Source of the DNA: Dimargaris cristalligena | Taxonomy: Eukaryota | Length of the DNA: 51,969 nucleotides | Assembly: GCA_003614675.1 (NCBI GenBank) | Contig: ML002271.1 | Span: forward strand, 1-51,969 | Direction: 5' to 3' | Part shown: positions 10,377 to 20,518 of the stretch, in pieces | Layout: each line of letters opens with the position of its first letter | Position numbering within the stretch: position 1 is the stretch's first letter | The notes under the pieces: generated by a model | Told to the model about the DNA's origin: nothing | What the model saw: only the letters and a program-made list of their open reading frames with translations | The model's database searches: none | Program-made: the position numbers and the translations under genes

Positions 10377-12725
10377 ATGAGCTCCTCTTCGCACCGCTCT
10401 GACGAGCCCTTATCTAAGGAGCGGTCGCATCGCCTGGAGCCTGGGGAACGGAATAGCCCTCGTTCGCCCACCTCCAGCTCCCAGGCCCGCCGCTCCACCA
10501 GCCACACCCCTACTGAAGGTCGTTACCGCCACCCGCACACCTCCCCGCGATCCCCCTCCCGCCGTGACCCTTCGTCCGGCCCCGTCGGTGAGTATCCCCG
10601 TAAACACCGGCGGGACGATGGCGAATTCCACCGGGACCTCAAATCCCCCCACCATACCCCACGCTACGACAATCGGGACACGCTCTCCAGTCCGCGCTCC
10701 CCGTCCTCATCCCATCCGCCCCGCTGGCCCAATGACCGCTCCCATAAGCGTTCCCGGGGTGAAGAGCCACCGGCCCGTTGGGAACGGAGATACGAACGCG
10801 ACCCATCCCAAAGGGGGGCTCCCCATCCCATCTCCTCCCCAGACTGGGGCACCTCGAATGGGCAAGGGCGGGACCGGCCACCTCCACCCCCACACTCCAA
10901 TGGAGGGGGTGGTTCCCAGGGCCCCCGTAAAAATGGCCCGATTACGGGTCCGAAACCCCAGGAAGACGAGGAGGAGGAGGGCGAAATTACCGCGGAGAGC
11001 GAGGAAGAGGGACAAGTCGACGTTGAACCCCCTACGCAATCCCAACCACCTATTACAATCACTTTGACCCTGAACCGGGCGAGCCTGGCTCCACCGCCAC
11101 CTCCTGGAACTACCACTACTCCCTCGCCCCTTCCCACTCCCACCGACGTGCCTTCGACCGCCGCCTCCGCTTCTTCCTCACCCATGGCCCCTCCGCCCCG
11201 CCCTTCCTCCGTTGGCCCTATCCTATCCCCCGTAGACCCAAGCGGCCCACCCCCTCCTACTACCACTTCTGCACGGGATGCTAGTGAAGAGGGCGAATGG
11301 GAGGAAGGTGAAGAAGGGGAGATTCTGGTCAGCCCAGGGCCAGCCACGACGGACCAACCCGAATCCACTACCGAATTCTCCTCGCCTATCCGTTCCCCCG
11401 CCAAGCCAGCCAGCCCTGCTTCTCTTTCTACCCCTCTCGAACCCAAATTACCCAATGGGGTTCCCACGGCGTCCCTGGAGTCGAATGCCGGTACCCCGCC
11501 CCACGACGAATCGTCGAGTGTACTGGTCGCGTTTTCCGGATCTGTGGAGCAGCCCCCGCCTACTGTGGTCCCCCCTGTGGAAACTGGCTCCGGCTCCGAC
11601 TCCTTGCAGCTCAGTCCAGACCACGTTTCCTCGCCACCAGCCACAGCGGAGCCCTCGTTGAAAATCGAATCTGAAACGACGACTCCTCCTCCTGCGCCCG
11701 AACCCCCTGTGGTGGACGCTCAAACACCACCCCCAACAGAGACATTGCCCTCCCAGCCCATTCCTTCCCCTACGGTGAAAACCGAAGCTCCCCCCCAGGC
11801 CAGCCCTTCTCCCAAGGAAGAGGCACCCGTGGTTCACTCCCCCTCGGCGGCTGCTTCTCCTTCACCCCCATTAGAATCCGCCCCGGTCGAGTCCCCTGAA
11901 GAAGTGGTGATGGCCGACGCTACAGCGAACCCTCGGAGCCCCTCTCCACCCCCGGCTCCTACAATGCCCCGAGTCCGCCCAGCCCTGGCCCTTCCCAAAT
12001 TGGTTAAGCGACCCCCGCCCCCACCACCCGTCCTCAATATCAAGTCTCCTTTCCCCCGCCGGTCGGTGGCTACGGACTCGTTACCCTGCCTCGGTTACTA
12101 CACCTACGAACCAGGGCACCTTTTACCCTGCTTTGCCGCCCATGACGACGGTGTATTCTATGTACGCGTGGCCGCCAAATATCTTGCCTGGACCAACCCT
12201 CAAGTTCAACGACGGGCCCTGTGGGGTACCGAGATATTCTCCGATGACTCGGACGTGGTCGCTATGGCTATCCACAGTGGCCTTGAACTCCCCGCCGACG
12301 GCCCTTGCAATTACGATGCTCTGATTGGCGTCCGGGTCTCACCACGCCTCATGCGCTACCAAGGGTCCGAACGGGGTGGACTTCAGAGTAGGACTTGGGG
12401 GGATCACGACGGTATTAGCTGGCGGATTCATAGCCTCACCCCCCTCGCTATTACATCAACGCCAACGGCCGCACCCCACTACCCCCTGACCACCACTCAA
12501 TCGACCCTCTACGCTACGTACATGAATGGTCGGGAAGGGGGCCGGAAACGGCAGAAAACCCGCCTTCGCGAATACGCCGTTCACCGCTGCCGTACCCTGG
12601 GCGATATCAGTTTGCCCTATTCGGGTTACAAATACGACTGGATGCGGTCGCTCGACCCCGCGAATAAGTCCATCCGCTGTGACTTCCCTGAGGCGTACTC
12701 TGCTCCCAACCACCGGGCTACTTGA
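10377..12725 (+). CDS. RXT3: Rxt3-domain protein (Rpd3L/Sin3 histone deacetylase complex subunit) with a long disordered N-terminus
   Basis: Single 782-aa ORF. The C-terminal RRALWGTEIFSDDSDVVAMAIHSG...YQGSERGGLQSRTWGDHDGISW matches the Rxt3/LCCL-like signature. The N-terminus is R/S/P-rich low complexity. Confidence 0.85.
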   Translation: MSSSSHRSDEPLSKERSHRLEPGERNSPRSPTSSSQARRSTSHTPTEGRYRHPHTSPRSPSRRDPSSGPVGEYPRKHRRDDGEFHRDLKSPHHTPRYDNRDTLSSPRSPSSSHPPRWPNDRSHKRSRGEEPPARWERRYERDPSQRGAPHPISSPDWGTSNGQGRDRPPPPPHSNGGGGSQGPRKNGPITGPKPQEDEEEEGEITAESEEEGQVDVEPPTQSQPPITITLTLNRASLAPPPPPGTTTTPSPLPTPTDVPSTAASASSSPMAPPPRPSSVGPILSPVDPSGPPPPTTTSARDASEEGEWEEGEEGEILVSPGPATTDQPESTTEFSSPIRSPAKPASPASLSTPLEPKLPNGVPTASLESNAGTPPHDESSSVLVAFSGSVEQPPPTVVPPVETGSGSDSLQLSPDHVSSPPATAEPSLKIESETTTPPPAPEPPVVDAQTPPPTETLPSQPIPSPTVKTEAPPQASPSPKEEAPVVHSPSAAASPSPPLESAPVESPEEVVMADATANPRSPSPPPAPTMPRVRPALALPKLVKRPPPPPPVLNIKSPFPRRSVATDSLPCLGYYTYEPGHLLPCFAAHDDGVFYVRVAAKYLAWTNPQVQRRALWGTEIFSDDSDVVAMAIHSGLELPADGPCNYDALIGVRVSPRLMRYQGSERGGLQSRTWGDHDGISWRIHSLTPLAITSTPTAAPHYPLTTTQSTLYATYMNGREGGRKRQKTRLREYAVHRCRTLGDISLPYSGYKYDWMRSLDPANKSIRCDFPEAYSAPNHRAT

Positions 12726-14081
12726 CTCCCCCCCTCTCTTCCTATAGCCTAGCGGTTCTAACCCCCCGGCCCCATTTAAACCTACTTCCCTTGGCTGGCT
12801 CTCGTATTCCGGCTCTTATATCGATTTCAGCTCACCGGTTGAACAATGGCTAAAAAATATAGAACCGGGACTTTCGGGTCCCCCTAATTTACCAGTTAGC
12901 CACTTGCTTGTTTTGTCTAGATATTGTTGTTGCTGTTGTTTTTCGTTTCTACCTTCCCATGAAACCACACGAAATATATATCCTGATACTATACTTTTTA
13001 TTATGTTTGACCTTTATTTTATGGCTGTAGTATTGACGACCTGCCTAGTCTCCTAACCCTCATCAAACTAACTCCATACACTATCCCATGCTTTCTTTGG
13101 CATGTATGATTTAGCGCTGTAATTGTCGTATTTAATGTACAATGTTTTATAAAATAAAATAAACGATGTTCCTACTGTGTTTCTGAATGGCGAAGCTATT
13201 ATGGGCTATGGGAGGGGGGCGTATGCAATGATGGTATAGGTGTGGACCATTCCATTATCCCAATACCTTCCTGTTCTCCCGGCCGAATTATGTTTACTAT
13301 TAATTTGGCCTCCCAACATCAATAAAGCATAGTTGGCCACGATGCTTTGTAGTTAAATTGGAGAGTTCCTTATCTACTACGAGAGTTCTCTGGTTAACGG
13401 CAACGTATCAGTGGAAATGCCCTTTAAGCGTTAACATTGGAAGGTGCTATGGCATGGTGCGTATTTCAGATAAAAATGCCACAGTTTTTGTAAAACGTTG
13501 GCTTTTCTTAATACTAAATATGATTAAGATGATAGTAGGAGTGGGTGGAGGCGTACTGATTGTTTGCCTGATATGGCTCAACCATAGGCCCACCTTCAAC
13601 TCACAAAATTTCCAAACCTCCACAATAGTCTCCTGGACTCCCACAATGGTTAGAATGGTAAATGAAATGTGGAAGGTAAAGAAATAAAAACGCTCGATAA
13701 ATAGCCATACTTTTGTCAAAAACTCTATGTTGCTACATTAACCACTAGGCTCATAATAAATCTTTACAAACTACATTAATTACCATTACCTATTGTACTA
13801 TTCCTTACACAAGGCCCATTCTTAACGTGTGTTATGTCAAGATGTGGACAAGCCAACAAGCTATTCTATATAAACGATGGTTATTAGTGCACTTGTAACT
13901 GGGCAATATTTGCGGTATAAATCGACCCCATTTTTCCTGTTCCTCTACACACAAAACCGCAACACTCCCAACTCAACACTAAGCCCGGCTTATTGCATTG
14001 TGAAACCTTCATTTTAAATACCGACCCACCCATTTTTCAGACTATTTGTATATACCTCCGCCTATTTAAAATTCTTCAACG

Positions 14082-15503
14082 ATGAGTTCCGATACACCCG
14101 ACTCCCCCCTACCCCTAAGCTCAAATGAAACTATTCCAGAAGCTACGCGCCATCCGAATCCATTATATAAGCTGCTCCACCCAGGCATCGGTCATATTGG
14201 TCGTCGTATCACGGGCTACCTAGGTAGTGAAGGCCAAATGAACGCGACCATCGCCTCCCGCTTTCTGCAGGACTTAGTCAAGCCCCACATCCCCAATCTA
14301 AATGTCATCAAAGAAAGCAAGAAAGAGGAGGATGCTGCCCATTACTTTTGCCGGTTACTGATAAAAAACTATCAATCCAAGCAGTACATAGGCTTATCTG
14401 ATATAGCCGGAGGTAAATTGATGTCTTTGGCAGAGGGTCGGAATTCCCTGGATGAGGTAGAATGGCTGGCGCAAGTACATTTCGAAGTAAATGACCTGAC
14501 CAATTGGCTGCATCTGGCCAGTTGTTTAGAAGGCCGCGCCCACCGTCAGCTCAAGAAATTATCCATAGGATTCCAGCAACTGGGGTCTCACCCGATGAGC
14601 CAGTCCTACGCAGACTGTTTTCAACTAAAACTACCCACTCCACTCCGTTCCCTGTTTAGCCGGGTACGGCGGTTTGAGCTCTACTCTAGGTCCGGTTCCA
14701 TTGCGACCCCAACCATCAGTCAAGTTCTAGACTCCCTCACAGATCTCCGTGAATTGGTTCTGGATTTACCCGGTATGGATGACCACCTGTATAAGATACT
14801 GGCCGACCAATACCGACACTTGACCCAACTGTCGTTTGGTAGTCGGGTGTGCAACATCAGTCTGCTATTCCCCCCCCAAAAAAGAACTTTTGTCAATTTG
14901 GTGGGCCTTAGTCTGAATATTGGCCATGAATGGCATCATTACCGCCACCTTGGTGACATCCTCTCCAGTGACCTTCCAATGTTGCGGGATTTGGACTTGA
15001 GCTTTGTTGCTCTTGATGATGACTTTGATGACCTATATTTTTTCCCCGACGAAAAATTTCATGCATTATGTGACTTCTTTAATCAGACCTGGGACCGGCT
15101 ACGATCACTAGCCCTCCGTGCCTGCCCATTTGCCTATTTTGCCAACCCCCCGTCGAAGCACTGTTACCCCAATCTCCGCGAGGTTACCTTTCAAGACTGC
15201 GAAGACTTTTGGTTTATCTGCTCGAAGTTTATCAACGAGTGTCCCAATATCAGGTCATTCCGGGTAACCGGTGTTGCGATTAAGATGCTGAAGGACCTTT
15301 ATAAGTTGAAGTTTTGTAGTGATACCATAAACTTATTTGAATTTAGTCCTTCCGATTGTGTTTGGGATGATTATATAACCATCATGGACCGGTTCCCCAA
15401 TCTTCGGGAGCTTCGGGTTGGCTACGGAAGCGAATGTGATTTCGAACAACTTGTAGAAATGTTCCCCAGAATCCAATTTAATGGGCCAATTCTACGCTAT
15501 TGA
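14082..15503 (+). CDS. Divergent F-box/leucine-rich-repeat (RNI-like) protein, intronless
   Basis: 473-aa ORF. F-box-like N-terminus (IGRRITGYL...ASRFLQDLVKP) and recurring LRR-like units (LRELVL, LRDLDL, LRSLAL, YPNLREV, CPNIRSF, FPNLRELRV). Confidence 0.75.
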   Translation: MSSDTPDSPLPLSSNETIPEATRHPNPLYKLLHPGIGHIGRRITGYLGSEGQMNATIASRFLQDLVKPHIPNLNVIKESKKEEDAAHYFCRLLIKNYQSKQYIGLSDIAGGKLMSLAEGRNSLDEVEWLAQVHFEVNDLTNWLHLASCLEGRAHRQLKKLSIGFQQLGSHPMSQSYADCFQLKLPTPLRSLFSRVRRFELYSRSGSIATPTISQVLDSLTDLRELVLDLPGMDDHLYKILADQYRHLTQLSFGSRVCNISLLFPPQKRTFVNLVGLSLNIGHEWHHYRHLGDILSSDLPMLRDLDLSFVALDDDFDDLYFFPDEKFHALCDFFNQTWDRLRSLALRACPFAYFANPPSKHCYPNLREVTFQDCEDFWFICSKFINECPNIRSFRVTGVAIKMLKDLYKLKFCSDTINLFEFSPSDCVWDDYITIMDRFPNLRELRVGYGSECDFEQLVEMFPRIQFNGPILRY

Positions 15504-16846
15504 ATAGCGGCGCATCGAATTGTTTAGTGATCGGGGTTAAGATATCACCGTGCTTCATTTTCGGCGGTGTTTATTTTGCACATTATTATTATTATGATTA
15601 AAATTATATAGACATCTCTCCCGTTTAAAGCTCGTATTTTTAGCCTTAGCATCGCATGATCTAATAGTCCAAGGCTCAGAGCCGATTGGGAGCGAAGGGC
15701 GGACGGAGAAGTATACTTGGGAGTCAGGAAACTGTACAGTAGTATTAGAACCTCCCCGCGTATCGTTTAGTCTATCCGCAACTGGTTAATAGTTCTTTTT
15801 TAAAAAAGAATAATCAGCCGGTGTGGATAGCTCCAGCAACTATTGTTTCTGTAGGTGAAAAATGGTCAAGAAAGGCATACACCAACAATAAAAATGGGTG
15901 TGTTTTTCTTCGGCAAGAAATCGCTTTGTAGTTGGCAATCGACACTGGGCACATGCAGAATAAAGTAATTGTTAGGTTGACCCACACCGAGGACATATAT
16001 TCTGAAGGACATTAATATTAACACCGCAAAGAGCGCGGTACAGAATGAGTCATGGAAAGAGTGAATGTATATAATAAATAGGGAGTTAACTAGATCCAGT
16101 GGATCTGAATAAACAAGTATTTAATTGGGGGATCAATGGTGGATATAGGCTTAGCATTATATAACCGAATGTCTAGTAGCGTCGGATTTGGGCTGGGGCG
16201 AATGCTATGCTAAAAGGCACCACTATAATAAATGACCGGGATATTGGATATTAAATAGTTGAATAGGGAATCCAACTATTGAATAGGTGAACGAGGAAGG
16301 TGGGAGGGTGAGAAGTCCGAAGGGAATGCAATGCCTTCAGTTATTCATTTATCGACCTTCATGTAGGTTTAATTCGCTGTCGGCGATGTTACTGCTTTAG
16401 TCTGTAGTGCGTTAGAGGTCCGGCTATTACAACGGCGCCAATCCGAACTAGTGTTGGGCCGCCAGTTAAGTAACAGGGCTCTTCGGGATATAAGTTAACC
16501 ACCGTCTTTATAAAGTGCTGAAAGGGTTTTCCTGCTGCTTTTCAAGAAATGCCAATTATAGCGAAGCAGGTTATGTGGTGGCATCAGTCGGGTTGTTAAG
16601 GGGGTATGTGAAACAGTGTTCTAACCCAGTACCACGCAAGACGAGAGTGGAGAGAAGCGGTTTCACTATGGTAACTCCAATGCCGTTCCCCTGCTCGCAT
16701 GAGCCAAGCTGCCTGAACCCCGAAACTACCTGTTAAGTTCTAGGACTGGAGGGCTAAGCCCCGCCACGCTTTCCTCTGCTTCTCTCCAAAATACTCTCAT
16801 TTATACCTCCATAGCTTATTCGCATTTGACTCGTTTCGCGATACCA

Positions 16847-19294
16847 ATGGCCCTCAAGGTAAGTGGCCTACTGACCCGAAGCCCACCTGTCGGCATTCTC
16901 CCCCTTCACCTCCCAGGAAAGCCCGGTGGCAGCTAAGACCCAATGAACTCACGCATACTCTTTTATCCGACTCGAAACATTATGAAAAACACCCTAGCTT
17001 CTGACTCAGAAAATTGCGCAGGAGGTGGACATGGAACTCATGTCCCCTGCTGGTGGCTTCGTAGTTGAACAGCTCATGGAACTGGGTAAGTTGTCGGGGT
17101 ATATATAACCTATTGTGGTTCTTGGGCCTGCGTTGTACTACTCTTGCGCCCGTGGACCATCTCTCTGTCGATTCACTGTAGACCGATTGGCTTGGTTCGA
17201 TACGCAGCCTATTCCCCTAGACCTAACTCGTCACTTGATCTACCTCAATCCAACCCACCCCCCTCTCTCCCCTCTGAAGCTGGCTTCAGCGTTGCCCAAG
17301 CGGTTACCAAGGAATACCCCTCCACTAAATATAGGCAGGTTCTAGTATGTTGCGGCCCCGGAAATAACGGCGGTGATGGTAAGTGGGCCTATTGTATAAC
17401 CAATTCCAATTAGCTGTAGTGACCACGGCCATCGAACAATGAAGTGGGATTGAAGTAATCCGATGTGGTGCGCGCCAATGCCAATTAATAAATGGTCTCT
17501 AATGCATACGGCCATTCCACTAGTAATTATCCATTTATATTTTTTGCATTCTCTGTAGGACTCGTGGCTGCTCGCCATTTAAGCCACTTCGGTTACCAAC
17601 CGAGTATCTATTACCCCAAAAGACCTAACAAGGAACTGTATAATGTAGGTACTCCAAATCCACCCAATATCGTATTATGGAAGCCACTGTATAAGCAACT
17701 AGGGGTGCGTTTTGAATGCTGCGCTGGGTCTGCACAAAATGTAACGGTAGAAGACTGCATCACGATGTGTGTTAAATAGTTAGTAAGCGCCTAATAGGTT
17801 ATACCCTTACCTATTACCCTACGGTACTGTACATTTTTGAAATTTTCGGGGCCCGTCTCTCTATCCAGAATTTAGTCAAGCAATGTGAAAACCTGCGACT
17901 CCCCTTCGTTGAGATCGATTCCGTCCGCTCAGTCCAATACAGTCTGATTATAGACGCCCTATTCGGTAAGTTAATTTACACGAGTGACGCCAATCCACAA
18001 TCAATCGGCGGGCTTCTTAGCTCAATAAATTTACGAGTTTGCACTACCACTCACATCTAGTACACTCAAAATTCTGACTATCGCTAACACTGGTACTTCT
18101 GGCTATTTCCACCAATTTTACCGACTGTAGGGTTTAGTTTTCATGGCAACGTTCGAGCACCCTTCACCGATATAATGAAGGTACTATGTACACTTGCGTG
18201 TGGCATAGGGCTCGGTGGCATCCTCTTGTGAACTATACTGATCCTATCTCTACCTGTTTGGGATAGCATTGGGCACTATTGACTCTAGCCTGGCTTTGGC
18301 TAATGGTCATCCTTGACCCACACAGCCTGATTTTATCCAAAGCCAACTGATCCACTTTTACATTCACTACATTCTAATCATCTTCGCCCTGTAACTATTC
18401 CAAAACATTTTCCAGATCCTGGCTGAAGCTAAGGCGCCCATCGTGGCCGGTAAGTAACACTCCTCAGCAATAGTGGGGGCTGGATCACAATAAATCAGTG
18501 CCCATTATTTGGTTTATGCCTTATGTTTTTTTTTTGGAATACATTCGCCGGCTAACGTGATTATATTTACCATATCCATACCCCCAATTGTCCACCGAAG
18601 TCGATATTCCCTCTGGTTGGGATGTCGAACAAGGTAAGTCCGATGGTGGGTTCGCTCGCTTTCGTGGCTAATAACTAGCCGCAATACATTACATATAATT
18701 TGAAACCTAGATTGCAAAAATCCAGTCGTCTGTTCAATCACATTAACTAACCAGCTCCATTGATTATATATTTTGTGACATCTGTTCATTAATGATGTAC
18801 TACAGGCGACATTCATAAGACTGGCATTCAACCCGACATGCTGGTTTCGCTGACTGCCCCCAAATTGGCTGCCCAATCATTCCAGGGCCGCTTTCACTAT
18901 CTGGGCGGACGATTCGTTACCCCGTAAGTGCTATTATTCTATCAATTTTTGGTTTAATGCTTTTTACCTGTATAGAATTCACCTCCCTTCAATGGAGGCT
19001 CACCTGGTCAGGCCGTGCTCCTTGAATTAGTACGGTATCAGAATCCCCTTAGCGCTATTACCGTGTCCGTTTATGTAATATTCTAACCGATTCCTCATAG
19101 TTATAACCCTACATCCCCAACTATTCCTCTATAGCGACTTTGACCGTAAATACCAGCTCAACCTTCCCCCTTATCCTGGAACGGACCAGTGCGTGCGACT
19201 CACCTGTATGGCAGCAGGGCTTGGCAGTACGCCATCAGTATTGGTCAGGGGCCTACCTGTCCCTATTACCCTCCCGCCTCCAGGTCACAATTGA
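16847..19294 (+). CDS. NNR1: NAD(P)H-hydrate epimerase (YjeF_N / NAXE / Nnr1), 10 exons
   Basis: Exons 16847-16858, 16998-17085, 17280-17378, 17559-17644, 17869-17965, 18131-18180, 18416-18449, 18601-18633, 18806-18923 and 19135-19294 are all phase-compatible. Motifs [58 protein letters not shown] and [13 protein letters not shown]. Confidence 0.96.
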
Positions 19295-20041
19295 CCCTTT
19301 CAAGGGAAGAGCTATTCTAAATTAAGACTTACCCATTGCCATTGTAGAACTGCATACGAATATATAGACCGGCGAAGGATAAAGTTAAACTGTAGGCAAG
19401 GGGCTTGGTAGGTGAGTTGTTTATTGAGTGCAGTGTAATGAATGATAAACAGCTATATATAGAATAGCAAATATACGGTGGATAATATGAATACAAAATT
19501 ATTAAATCAAAAGCAATTCGAAGATTCATAAAAATATAACAACCCATCTAGGGTAAATCAGATTCGGTCAAGTTTAAAAGAAAGGGCTTCTCAGCGAAGC
19601 TGGTCATAGTATATATTCGTCTGGTCTAGGGGGTAAAACTACCACCATGTGTGACACCAACGTGATAAACCGATGACCTATTAAGGCCACGGTAACTCCA
19701 CCCTGCTTACAAAGCCAGCACCTCCAGTCCTATACAGTAAGAACTGGGCCAGTGCTGATGAATAGTGGATTTGATAGTCGCTAAGTTGAATAGGATGTTC
19801 CCCCGTAGTAGTGGGAAAGCAATCAATGGCTGTTCCCGAAGTGGGTAAATGGTACAGCTGGAGAAAATCCACAGGAGTGTAGCACAGAGCAAAGGTGGGC
19901 AACGATAAATATAAGACTGGCGATTATATCCACAAAAATGCGGGAATATTATAGGAAAACGCTATAGAAATTGGATATGACAGGCATAACTTAACCCAAG
20001 GCCCCGTTGTTCCCACCTCCCGCCTGAGCAATCTACGAGGC

Positions 20042-20518
20042 TTAGTAGAGATGTTGAGGCATGATGCAGTGGGCGGAGAGACTGGTCGAAGTTCTTTGCC
20101 GTTTTAGTTTCTCGGCTTGGAGAATTTCAAGGCTCTGACTGAACTCCTTCTCACGAGCGTGCTGGAGGGCCGATTTGCCGAATCCGTCCAGAGCGTCAAT
20201 ATTGACGTGGGGATCCACTAGGAGCTGGAGAAGCCCCCCGGGATTGCGAATGGCCCAAAAAAGCGGGGACACCCCGTCGATGGTGTAGTTGACGTCAGCT
20301 CCCGCGCCCATGAGGAGTTGGGCACACTCGACGTGGCCCAGCGAGACGGCCAACATGAGGGAGTTGAAACAGCCGTGGCTGTCGCGGATTATGGGGTTGT
20401 TGAGAAGGGGACAGTTGGCCGGGTCGGCCAGGACGGTCCGCAGGCCTCGGACGTCGTTGGCCATGACCGTGAAGTAAAATGCAAACAGTATTTGCTCGTT
20501 TCGCATGGCGGACGGCAT
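20042..20518 (-). CDS. Small ankyrin-repeat protein (about 3 repeats), intronless
   Basis: NSLMLAVSLGHVECAQLLMGAGADVN, GVSPLFWA and DGFGKSALQHA match the ankyrin consensus. Confidence 0.85.
   Translation of the reverse strand: MPSAMRNEQILFAFYFTVMANDVRGLRTVLADPANCPLLNNPIIRDSHGCFNSLMLAVSLGHVECAQLLMGAGADVNYTIDGVSPLFWAIRNPGGLLQLLVDPHVNIDALDGFGKSALQHAREKEFSQSLEILQAEKLKRQRTSTSLSAHCIMPQHLY

Noticed and set aside
10410..12713. Many overlapping alternative-frame and antisense ORFs inside RXT3 (similar sets inside SEC20, U2AF65, FHIP and DLD2)
   Set aside because: By-products of GC-rich, low-complexity coding sequence.
15600..16010. Minus-strand acceptor-like sites (cacctacag, ctgtacag) with short open frames
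   Set aside because: No consistent donor or start codon found to build a gene.
19301..19326. TCT AAA TTA (SKL) downstream of the epimerase, as a possible cryptic peroxisomal signal via alternative splicing
   Set aside because: SKL is not followed by a stop codon in that frame, so it is not a PTS1.
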